From an uncultured Rickettsiales bacterium (lineage in GTDB: Bacteria > Pseudomonadota > Alphaproteobacteria > Rickettsiales > UBA1997), in NCBI GenBank assembly GCA_905478165.1, contig CAJQHK010000005.1, positions 1 through 61,513 on the forward strand: a stretch of 61,513 nt of DNA. The letters are read 5' to 3'. Below, piece by piece: positions 18,522 to 29,709 of the stretch. A program made the position numbers and the translations under genes. The notes beneath the pieces were generated by a model. The model did no database searches. It was not told the DNA's origin and saw nothing but the letters and a program-made list of their open reading frames with translations. Each line of letters begins with the position of its first letter. Positions within the stretch are counted from its first letter, which is position 1.

Positions 18522-19034
18522 AATTTTGATAGTAAAAATAAATTAAAGAAATTGGTACAATTATAATACAAACCAGACTGAGAAATCAATGCTTTTGTTA
18601 AAGTCTAATACCGACTCCAATCTTTGGACAAAAAATAAATTATAGCAAAGTTCATCTGTAATATAAAATTTAGCTAAATTTTATGATAATTTTTGGCCAA
18701 AAACAAGAAGCATAAATGTTGCTTTATAAATTGCCTTTGATATTGCATATATGTATGTCCAAAGACTAAAATTGACATAATACCAAGACAAGTTACAATT
18801 ATAACATATTTTAAGATGGTAATCAAGATAGAAAATAAAAATCTTAGGAATAAACTAGAATTGACACTTACTACAATCATGTTTTTTATCTAATTTACAA
18901 TTAAATATAGAAAAATAAATAATAAATTAGATACTAAGCTTTTTTTGTAAGGTTTTATCTAATATCAGAATATTATTTAGCTAAATTTTATAATAAGTTT
19001 TTATTTATAAAATGAGTTTTGACATTATCTCGTA

Positions 19035-20018
19035 ATGATGAAAAAAGAAATTATTATTGCTCACAGAGGGGCCAGCGGATACTTACCAGAACACACTCTT
19101 GCTTCAAAAGCTTTGGCATTCGGACTTAAATCAGACTATATTGAGCAGGATTTAGTTATGAGTAGCGATAATTATGTTATAGTTTCTCATGATTTATACT
19201 TAAACTATACCACAAATGTAAAGGATATTTTTCCAGATAGAGATAGATCTGATGGAAAATATTACATTATTGACTTTACCTTAAAAGAATTAAAAAAATT
19301 AAAATTATCAGAAAGATTTCATGAGATAAATAAAGAGAAAAACATTGAATTTCCGGGCAGATTTCCTGTGTTTAATTCAGAATTTAAAATTCATACTTTA
19401 GAAGAAGAAATTGAATTAATTCAAGGATTAAACAAATCAATGAAAAAAAATATTGGCATTTATCCAGAAATTAAATATCCAGATTTTCACTTAACAGAGG
19501 GTAAGGACATCTCTAAAGAAGTCTTAAAAATATTAGAAAAATACAATTATAAGAAAAAAACAGATAAAATTTATTTACAATGTTTTGATAAAAAAGAATT
19601 GCGTCGAATAAAAAATAAATTATTTAAAGATGTAGATATCGACATAAAAATTATTCAATTGATCGGTAAGCGCAATTGTGAAGAAAACTTTGTCAATGTT
19701 GATGGTACAAAATACCAAAGAAATGCCAATTATGACAAATTATTAACAAAAAATGGCATAGGCACAATATCAAAATACGCGGATGGCGTTGGCTTACATT
19801 TTTCCATGATAATTAACTATAAATCAACAAAAAATAATATCATTTACACAGATATAATAAAATATATTAAAGAAAATAATCTAGAATCTCATATTTATAC
19901 CATTAGGTCAGATAATACTCAGATTCCAGATTATGCTAAAAATTTTCAAGATTTTGTAAGTATTTTACAAAAAGCAAATATAGATGGAATTTTTACTGAT
20001 TTTCCAGATCAAATCTAG
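19035..20018 (+). CDS. glpQ: Glycerophosphodiester phosphodiesterase (GlpQ-type)
   Basis: It has IIAHRGASGYLPEHTLASKALA...YIEQDLVMS...HD, which closely matches the GlpQ GDPD core. No obvious signal peptide is present. Confidence 0.85.
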   Translation: MMKKEIIIAHRGASGYLPEHTLASKALAFGLKSDYIEQDLVMSSDNYVIVSHDLYLNYTTNVKDIFPDRDRSDGKYYIIDFTLKELKKLKLSERFHEINKEKNIEFPGRFPVFNSEFKIHTLEEEIELIQGLNKSMKKNIGIYPEIKYPDFHLTEGKDISKEVLKILEKYNYKKKTDKIYLQCFDKKELRRIKNKLFKDVDIDIKIIQLIGKRNCEENFVNVDGTKYQRNANYDKLLTKNGIGTISKYADGVGLHFSMIINYKSTKNNIIYTDIIKYIKENNLESHIYTIRSDNTQIPDYAKNFQDFVSILQKANIDGIFTDFPDQI

Positions 20019-20021
20019 ATT

Positions 20022-20167
20022 ATACCAATTATTAAATTTAACTATACACTGAACAAAAAGATTTTTCTAAAAAACTATTAGAATATTGGTGATTTTTAAA
20101 TTTTTTAGAGAAAAAATAGAAGGGGAATATTGCAACCAAATGTGTAGTTAAATTTTATGATTGATAT
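20022..20167. repeat. MITE-like palindromic element, family P1 (full copy, 146 bp)
   Basis: The termini are ataccaattattaaatttaactataca and tgtgtagttaaattttatgattgatat. It starts 4 nt after the glpQ stop. Confidence 0.8.
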
Positions 20168-20168
20168 A

Positions 20169-20252
20169 ATACCAAAATCCACCTTAAAATAAATAATATA
20201 TCAAGATAGGTTATTTAGTTTTCTAACATAGTTTTTAAGATAGATCTTGGTA

Positions 20253-20253
<1 letters not shown>
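20169..20253. repeat. MITE-like palindromic element, family P2 (85 bp)
   Basis: The termini are ataccaaaatccaccttaaaa and tttttaagatagatcttggtat. Its last base is the first base of the ligA stop codon. Confidence 0.75.
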
Positions 20254-22373
<2,120 letters not shown>

Positions 22374-22386
22374 TCATATATGTAGT

Positions 22387-22443
22387 GCCAATTCCCATTC
22401 ATAATGTTGAATAAGTGATGGTATTGGTAAAGAGAAATTGGCA
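22387..22443. repeat. Mini palindromic repeat (P4-like, about 57 bp)
   Basis: tgccaattcccattcataatg...gagaaattggca shares the ccaattccca terminus with P3 and P4. Confidence 0.5.
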
Positions 22444-22465
22444 TAAGTCTTAAGGAGTGTAGATA

Positions 22466-22915
22466 CTATGATTTAACCTGACTTTCAAGCAACTCATTCC
22501 ACCTACTCCTGGATCTAATTCTTCTTGCATACACCCTATCTCTTGCACTGCTTAACTTTCTATCTATTTCTTGCTTTTTAGACCTCTCCTCTCTTTGTAA
22601 CTGTAATACAGATTTTGACCTTGGCCTAAAAACTATATTACCCAATATCCTGCTTTTTTCCTTTTCTATAGCACTAACCTTACTAGCTTCATGCAGTTTT
22701 TCATGATAAACTACAATATTTGCAACAAATTTACGCCTCCTCTGGTTTGCAATTCTTTTTCTCTGAGCTTTTGTTAAGGTATTTTTTTTCTTTCTTGAGC
22801 CAAGAAGGGTGGCTAGACCAACATTATATAAACCATGAGATCTCTGATTATGTTCACGATACCTCTCTAAAACCTGTGATATTGATGATATGGACCTTGT
22901 ATCTATATATCTCAT
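22466..22915 (-). CDS. Hypothetical, extremely basic Arg/Lys-rich protein
   Basis: 149-aa ORF in the same orientation as the flanking recA and ligA. It contains runs such as KAQRKRIANQRRRKF and ARRIRSRSRW. I recognise no domain, signal peptide or TM helix. Confidence 0.5.
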   Translation of the reverse strand: MRYIDTRSISSISQVLERYREHNQRSHGLYNVGLATLLGSRKKKNTLTKAQRKRIANQRRRKFVANIVVYHEKLHEASKVSAIEKEKSRILGNIVFRPRSKSVLQLQREERSKKQEIDRKLSSARDRVYARRIRSRSRWNELLESQVKS

Positions 22916-23000
22916 TTACTTTACTAGAAATTCTTCCATTATATATGATACCAAGGTATTCTTAGTTTATTATGGTACTTTTTGTTTAAAAATTATATAA

Positions 23001-24023
23001 TTAATCATTAGAGGTAACAACGATCTTAGGATCTTTTAGTTCTTTAGACCTAATTTTTTTTTCGATTTCCTCTGTAATTTTTAAATTATCTTTGAGGTAT
23101 TTCTTAACGTTTTCCTTACCTTGTCCAATTTTTACACCATTATAGGCATACCAAGAGCCAGATTTTTCAATTATATCATCCTTAACTGCTAAATCAATAA
23201 TTTCACCAACTTTTGAAACTCCTTCACCGTAAATAATTTCAAATTCAGCAAGTTTAAATGGTGGAGCAACTTTATTTTTTACCACCTTAACTCTTGTTTC
23301 ATTACCTACGATCTCATCTCCATTTTTAATTTGTGCACCCCTCCTAATATCAAGTCGAACTGAAGAATAAAATTTAAGAGAATTACCACCAGTTGTGGTC
23401 TCGGGAGAGCCAAACATAACACCAATTTTCATCCTAATTTGATTGATAAAAATAACTGTACAACCACTTTTAGAAACTCCGCCGGTTAGTTTACGAAGAG
23501 CTTTACTCATTAATCTTGCCTGTAAACCCATTTGATTATCAGCCATCCCACCTTCAAGCTCAATTTGAGGAGTAAGAGCTGCAACTGAATCAATAACAAT
23601 TAAATCCAAAGCACCACTTCTAACAAACGTATCAACTATTTCGAGGGCAGATTCACCACTATCGGGTTGAGAAATAATCATTTCATCAATATTAATACCA
23701 AGATTTTCAGCATAAACAGGATCAAAGGCGTGCTCAGCATCCACAAAAGCGCAAGAAAGACCTTGCTTTTGAGCTTCGGCGATTGCATGAAGAGTTAGGG
23801 TTGTCTTACCAGAACTTTCTGGTCCATAGATCTCAACAATCCTACCTCTTGGATAACCACCAACACCTAGAGCTGTATCAAGAGATAAAGAACCACTTGA
23901 AATTGTTTCAACATCAATTTTAGGTCTTTCACCAAGCCTCATAGCAGAGCCTTTTCCAAATTGTTTGTTAATCTGTGAAAGTGCTGCGTCTAAAGCTTTT
24001 TTTCTGTTTACGTCTGCGGTCAT
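23001..24023 (-). CDS. recA: Recombinase A
   Basis: 340 aa with Walker [10 protein letters not shown] plus the canonical L1/L2 region ([29 protein letters not shown]). Confidence 0.95.
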   Translation of the reverse strand: MTADVNRKKALDAALSQINKQFGKGSAMRLGERPKIDVETISSGSLSLDTALGVGGYPRGRIVEIYGPESSGKTTLTLHAIAEAQKQGLSCAFVDAEHAFDPVYAENLGINIDEMIISQPDSGESALEIVDTFVRSGALDLIVIDSVAALTPQIELEGGMADNQMGLQARLMSKALRKLTGGVSKSGCTVIFINQIRMKIGVMFGSPETTTGGNSLKFYSSVRLDIRRGAQIKNGDEIVGNETRVKVVKNKVAPPFKLAEFEIIYGEGVSKVGEIIDLAVKDDIIEKSGSWYAYNGVKIGQGKENVKKYLKDNLKITEEIEKKIRSKELKDPKIVVTSND

Positions 24024-24044
24024 AGTGGTTATTATTTAATTAAA

Positions 24045-24926
24045 TTATTTTAATAATTCTGACAAAGTTTTTCCTAATGTCGCAGGTGATTCAGCGACAA
24101 AAATGCCAGCTGATCTCATGGCTTCAATTTTATCTTCAGCTCCACCTTTACCACCAGCAATGATGGCGCCAGCATGACCCATTCTTTTTCCTGGAGGAGC
24201 TGTTCTTCCAGCAATAAATCCAACACAAGGTTTAGACCTGCCTTTTTTAGCTTCCTGCTTTAAAAATTCTGCAGCCTCTTCTTCATCAGAGCCACCAATC
24301 TCACCAATCATAATCATTGATTGAGTTTGTTCGTCAGAAAGAAACATGTCTAAACAGTCAATAAAGTTGGTACCATTAATTGGATCACCACCAATACCAA
24401 TGCAAGTTGACTGACCAAAACCTTCACTGGTTGTTTGATGAACCGCTTCGTAAGTTAAAGTACCAGAGCGAGAAACAATGCCAACAGATCCACTTTTATG
24501 GATATGACCTGGCATAATACCAATCTTACACTGACCTGGAGTAATAATTCCTGGACAATTTGGACCAATTAATCTCGAGTTTGATGTTGTAAGAGCAGCC
24601 TTTACCTTAGCCATATCCAAAACTGGAATACCCTCAGTAATACAAATAATTAATTCGATTCTAGCATCGATTGCTTCTAAAATTGCGTCCGCAGCAAATG
24701 GTGGCGGAACATAAATAACTGAAGCGTTGGCCTCGGTTGCTTTCCTTGCATCTAAAACAGTATCAAAAACTGGTAAATTTAAATGTTTTGAACCACCTTT
24801 GCCTGGAGTAACGCCGCCAACCATGTTTGTGCCGTAAGCAATTGCTTGTTCAGAGTGAAAAGTACCTTGCATACCGGTAAATCCTTGGCAAATAACTTTC
24901 GTATTTTTATTAACTAAAACAGACAT
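24045..24926 (-). CDS. sucD: Succinyl-CoA synthetase alpha subunit
   Basis: 293 aa with SRSGTLTYE and the phosphohistidine loop GHAGAII. Confidence 0.95.
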   Translation of the reverse strand: MSVLVNKNTKVICQGFTGMQGTFHSEQAIAYGTNMVGGVTPGKGGSKHLNLPVFDTVLDARKATEANASVIYVPPPFAADAILEAIDARIELIICITEGIPVLDMAKVKAALTTSNSRLIGPNCPGIITPGQCKIGIMPGHIHKSGSVGIVSRSGTLTYEAVHQTTSEGFGQSTCIGIGGDPINGTNFIDCLDMFLSDEQTQSMIMIGEIGGSDEEEAAEFLKQEAKKGRSKPCVGFIAGRTAPPGKRMGHAGAIIAGGKGGAEDKIEAMRSAGIFVAESPATLGKTLSELLK

Positions 24927-24947
24927 TTTGTATATTTAAAATTATAA

Positions 24948-26150
24948 TTAATTAGTTGCGCTTGCAACTTTACTATTTGCACCACCAATAGCGTTCACTG
25001 CTTTCTCGGCTGCATCACCCAAATCATTAGCTGAGACAATAGTTAAATCAGATTCAGCAAGAATCTTTTTACCTAAATCAACATTTGTACCCTCTAATCT
25101 TACAATCAAAGGAATATCTAGATTAACCTCTTTAGCGGCAGCGATAATGCCTTCAGCGATAATATCGCATCTCATGATGCCACCAAAAATATTAACTAGA
25201 ATTGCTTTTACATTTTTATCAGAAAGAATAATCTTAAAAGCCTCTGTAACCCTTTCCTTAGTAGCACCGCCACCAACATCAAGAAAATTAGCAGGAGAAG
25301 AGCCGTAAAGCTTAATGATGTCCATTGTTGCCATAGCTAAACCAGCACCATTAACCATGCAGCCAATTTCACCGTCCATCTTAACATAATTTAACTCATG
25401 CTTAGAAGCTTCAACCTCCAAAGCGTCTTCTTCTTCAACATCTCTTAACTCCTTGATATTTGGATGACGATAAAGAGCGTTATCATCAAAATTATATTTA
25501 GCATCAAGAACAATTAATTGCTCCTCCTTAGTAATAACTAAAGGATTAATTTCAATTTGAGATGCATCCGTGTCAATAAAAGCTTTGTAAATTGATGCAA
25601 CCAATTTAACAAATTGTTTTAATAAATCACCTTTTAAACCAAGAGCAAAACCTAATTTTCTAGCGTGAAAACCAGAAATTCCAATTTCAACCGGAACGAT
25701 TGTAGTGATAATTTTTTCTGGGTTTGTTTCTGCAACTTCTTCAATCTCCATACCGCCTTCCGTCGAGGCCATAAAAACAACCGCCTTATTAACGCGATCT
25801 AAAACAGCAGAAAGATAATATTCCTTATCAATATTTGAGCCAGATTCTATATAAAGTCTCTTAACTTCCTTACCTTCTGGGCCAGTTTGATGAGTAACGA
25901 GAATTTTTCCCAACATTTCCTCAGATTCTTTTGCAACATCTTCAATTGTTTTAACAATTTTTACACCACCAGCTTTACCCCTGCCGCCAGCATGAATTTG
26001 AGCTTTCACAACAAAAACTTTACTACCGTTATTTTTTAAAGTTTGAGCAGCCTCAACAGCTTCACCAGGAGTAAAAGCAGCATAACCTTCTGGCACAACA
26101 GCACCGTATTTTGCCAATAATTTTTTGGCTTGATATTCATGTATATTCAT
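24948..26150 (-). CDS. sucC: Succinyl-CoA synthetase beta subunit
   Basis: 400 aa with the ATP-grasp N-terminus [12 protein letters not shown] and GGRGKAGGV. Confidence 0.95.
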   Translation of the reverse strand: MNIHEYQAKKLLAKYGAVVPEGYAAFTPGEAVEAAQTLKNNGSKVFVVKAQIHAGGRGKAGGVKIVKTIEDVAKESEEMLGKILVTHQTGPEGKEVKRLYIESGSNIDKEYYLSAVLDRVNKAVVFMASTEGGMEIEEVAETNPEKIITTIVPVEIGISGFHARKLGFALGLKGDLLKQFVKLVASIYKAFIDTDASQIEINPLVITKEEQLIVLDAKYNFDDNALYRHPNIKELRDVEEEDALEVEASKHELNYVKMDGEIGCMVNGAGLAMATMDIIKLYGSSPANFLDVGGGATKERVTEAFKIILSDKNVKAILVNIFGGIMRCDIIAEGIIAAAKEVNLDIPLIVRLEGTNVDLGKKILAESDLTIVSANDLGDAAEKAVNAIGGANSKVASATN

Positions 26151-26468
26151 TCTATCTAATATAATTTTCTTAAAAAACTCTGCAAATTAAACAATAATCA
26201 CAACTGCAAAACCGTAAGGATCATAAGATATTAAAACCATTTATTAATTCAAGGGTTTTATTGGAAAGACTTAAGATCACAAAAGACTGTAAAGAGTTTA
26301 ATACAACTAATCATTGCCGTAATGAGTTAAAAAATATGATAAGATCGATTATTAATTAATTTTAATAATATAAAATATGCCTAATATCACTAAGACACTG
26401 ATTGTAGTTTTTACTGTCACAACTGGCATTATTCATCCTAATGAGATTCTTTTTAAATAGGGAGTACA

Positions 26469-29400
26469 TTAAAACTCATATTTTAAATTAATGGAACCAG
26501 AATTAGACATCATATCTTTACTAAATGCACCATTATACATAATAGAAAAAATTGGCATCTTTTCTTTTTCGTAAATACTAAGAGAGGTATTAATAGATAT
26601 ATAATCATCATTGATATTAGGCATCTCTATTTGAAATTCTTGATTTTGACTTAAGAATGATATTTTTGTTTTTTGATTTTTTGCTCCTCCTATTTTTTTA
26701 ATGAAGGATAGTGATAATTTTGGCTCATATATAAAATATGAATTTTTATCTACCAATTCTTTGGCGGAATATAAATCAATTCCAATTTTTAATTTATGAG
26801 AATTGTAATCTTGACCTTCTACCTTTAATGATAAATTATTTGCACCTGATTCTTGATAGGAACTGATACTATCTTGATAATATTGATATTCAATTTTTGG
26901 AATTATATTTACTGAGTTATTACTGCTAATATTATAACCTAATCCCGTCACTATATTTACTGTATTACCTTCTGTATCTGCTTTTGCTACTCTATATTCA
27001 TTACCAAGATAAATATTTCTTTGTAAGTTATAAATATTATAAAGAAGATTTAATTTATTATAGTTAAATAACCCTGATTTATCTTTTTTGTGTATTTTGT
27101 GATTTAGCGACAATCCTACAGACTTTATGTTATCGGTTTGCGAACCCATCTTTCCATCTATGTTAGAATTATTGTAAAAAATAGAGCTATTAAGATAATT
27201 ATTACCATTGATATCCGTATTATATCCAAATATTATACCCACACTTGCAGAATCATAACCAGACTGATTTCTGTCTTTTTTATGATCAATAACATTCCCA
27301 AATATCTCTCCCCATAGTGATTTATTGTCTTTTTTGGTGATATTAGATATAATATTATTATCAGTAATTGAGTTGATGTTTTGAAGTAAATTAATATTAC
27401 TTTTAAAAGACGAGTTATTTTTAGGGATGATCACTGATTCAGAAAATTTCTTAAAACTCGCACTATTTTCTAGAGAATAGATATTATATACTTCAAGATC
27501 ATTAATTAAATAATTTGCTATCTCGTAGCTTTGTTTTCCTAAAATATTTGCACTAAAGATGATAGAATCTTCTGCATGAGTTAGGGTAAGTTTTTTATTT
27601 TCTGATATTGTGGCTATTTGAGGCTTTAGAAGATAAGAATTATCTGTTAATGTTACTTGATTTATGTCTATAGTTTTGACGGTTGCACTATTATCTATTA
27701 TTGTTTGTTCCACGTTAAAATTCAAACTAGATGAGATTTGGCTATAATCAATATTAATATTGGAATTATTTGTATTTATGCCCGCATTTTGTGATATTAA
27801 TTTTATATCGTCATTAGAGTCTATAATGTAATTTATGGTTTTGTTTAATAGATTAATTTCTGATGCATTGTTAAAGTTTAAAATTGCTCCAGATTTTAAA
27901 GATAGGGATGTTGCGTTAAGGTTAAAATCTGTAATATATGAAGTCGTTTGATTGTCAATTATGACCTGATTATTATTAATTGTTAGATTACCTAATCTGT
28001 CTACATTACTAGAGCCTAATGTAGATGATATTGTTTGTGAAGATGAGCCATTGATGCTTAATGTTCCCACCCCCTTAATAGTTGAATTAGGTTGATTTAC
28101 CGCAGTAACATTTCCTGATATATCCATTATTTTTCCAGTCAAAATATCTATTAGCCCACCAGATGAGTTGGTAAATGATAAATCTTTAATATAGGAATTT
28201 TCTTTTAAAGATATTTGATTTTGGTTAGTAATTTCTAATTTATTAATTCTATTATCTGACTGACCTAGTTGAGTGTTAATTGCTTGAGTTGTAGCTCCAT
28301 TAAAAGTAATTTTATTATTAGAAGATAGGATTTTATCTGTATTTGCGGATGATAAATTACCAAGATTACCAGAAATATTAACATCTTTACTTAATGTTAA
28401 TGTTTGATCATTCGATATATCAATATTTTTTATATTTGTAGTTCCAGAACCTGCTAGGGTTAAGTCATTATTTATTGATAAATTTGTCACATCCAAAACA
28501 GAATTTACCGTCATATTTACTATGGAATTTAATATGTCAGGATCTTGATTGATTTCCAAATTATCTAAATACAAATTTTTTGAAAATAATATATTTGGAT
28601 TTGTGATTGTAACTTTCTCGAATCTATTCGTAGATTGGCCAATATGAGCATTAACAGTTTGAACATCTTCTTCTGTCATACTTGTGCCAGTAAATTTAAT
28701 TTCTGCAGCTTCCTCAGCGTCTAAAATATAGAAATTTTCTATGTTTTGATTTGAGTGAGTAACATTTCCTGATATTTCAAAAACTCCTGAATTACCAATA
28801 AATATTTTTGTATTTTCTTGATCATTACTAAATTCTAAATCTTTAACAAAAACATTTTGATTAAAATAAACGCCACTTTCTTCTTCGGTAGTATCTGCGC
28901 TATTATTAATAATTAATTTATTAATATACCTATCCTCATAATCATCGTCACCAAGGGTTGCAGAAAGATTTTTTTGATCTCCCAATTGGGTATTATTAAT
29001 TGTTTGTAAGTCTTGCCCATTAAAAGTAATGATTCCAGCATTGGTTGACAGTAATTTTCCATCCCCAGATACATCCCCAGATACATCCCCATATACATCT
29101 CCAGAAATTAAAAGATTGTCAAATGTTGATTCGACATATTGATTAAAAATTACATTTCCAATTATTGCCTGATTTAAAATTTCTGATTTTTGGGAAATAT
29201 AAAGATTGTTAGAATTTAGTATTATAGAGCCTGATAGTTGTTTTTTATAACGTTCCGAGAAACTAGATTTACTTATATTAATATTATTAAAAAATGCTAT
29301 TCCCTCATTATTAGAATTAATGGTAATTGACTGATTATTATTTAAAGAAAGTGATAATTCTTTGAGTCTCAGAGCCTCCGTAGCAAGTCCATTCTCCATC

Positions 29401-29597
29401 GTCAGGATGTTACCATTAGCAGTAAAATCTATCGTTCCTGTGTTGTTAGTATTGGTTGTGATTGAGGTATAATTTTGATCTGAGTTAATCGTAAGTGTTT
29501 CATCATCAGAAAAATTATACGTTTCTGCAAATATATTTTTTGCAAAAAATAATAAAATTATTACAAAAGTGTATTTTAGGTTTGTTGTAAAAGTCAT
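26469..29597 (-). CDS. Autotransporter outer-membrane protein with repetitive passenger
   Basis: 1042 aa with the signal peptide MTFTTNLKYTFVIILLFFAKNIFAET. The Asn/Ser/Thr-rich passenger has about 4 recurring modules (...FNG..TQ.IN..LG....R...L.I.N...). The C-terminal roughly 280 aa look like a beta-barrel and end in ...INLKYEF. Confidence 0.8.
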   Translation of the reverse strand: MTFTTNLKYTFVIILLFFAKNIFAETYNFSDDETLTINSDQNYTSITTNTNNTGTIDFTANGNILTMENGLATEALRLKELSLSLNNNQSITINSNNEGIAFFNNINISKSSFSERYKKQLSGSIILNSNNLYISQKSEILNQAIIGNVIFNQYVESTFDNLLISGDVYGDVSGDVSGDGKLLSTNAGIITFNGQDLQTINNTQLGDQKNLSATLGDDDYEDRYINKLIINNSADTTEEESGVYFNQNVFVKDLEFSNDQENTKIFIGNSGVFEISGNVTHSNQNIENFYILDAEEAAEIKFTGTSMTEEDVQTVNAHIGQSTNRFEKVTITNPNILFSKNLYLDNLEINQDPDILNSIVNMTVNSVLDVTNLSINNDLTLAGSGTTNIKNIDISNDQTLTLSKDVNISGNLGNLSSANTDKILSSNNKITFNGATTQAINTQLGQSDNRINKLEITNQNQISLKENSYIKDLSFTNSSGGLIDILTGKIMDISGNVTAVNQPNSTIKGVGTLSINGSSSQTISSTLGSSNVDRLGNLTINNNQVIIDNQTTSYITDFNLNATSLSLKSGAILNFNNASEINLLNKTINYIIDSNDDIKLISQNAGINTNNSNINIDYSQISSSLNFNVEQTIIDNSATVKTIDINQVTLTDNSYLLKPQIATISENKKLTLTHAEDSIIFSANILGKQSYEIANYLINDLEVYNIYSLENSASFKKFSESVIIPKNNSSFKSNINLLQNINSITDNNIISNITKKDNKSLWGEIFGNVIDHKKDRNQSGYDSASVGIIFGYNTDINGNNYLNSSIFYNNSNIDGKMGSQTDNIKSVGLSLNHKIHKKDKSGLFNYNKLNLLYNIYNLQRNIYLGNEYRVAKADTEGNTVNIVTGLGYNISSNNSVNIIPKIEYQYYQDSISSYQESGANNLSLKVEGQDYNSHKLKIGIDLYSAKELVDKNSYFIYEPKLSLSFIKKIGGAKNQKTKISFLSQNQEFQIEMPNINDDYISINTSLSIYEKEKMPIFSIMYNGAFSKDMMSNSGSINLKYEF
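29061..29108. repeat. In-frame 12-bp tandem repeat (about 4 units) inside the autotransporter
   Basis: The units are atccccagatac, atccccagatac, atccccatatac and atctccagaaat. Together they encode GDVYGDVSGDVSGDG on the minus strand. Confidence 0.85.
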
Positions 29598-29709
29598 TAG
29601 ACTGAGTTTTTAAAGTTTTGATAATCGACATTTATTGTCACCCTAACATTCAATAATTGAAGTATCAATCTTTTTTGTTATTGCTTTATATAATACCAGA
29701 GACCGTCGA

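Noticed and set aside
18674-18880. 68-aa hydrophobic ORF in the hpf-glpQ spacer.
   Set aside because: It could be a small membrane protein. It has no motif, no visible ribosome-binding site and composition typical of random AT-rich frames, so I did not list it as a feature.
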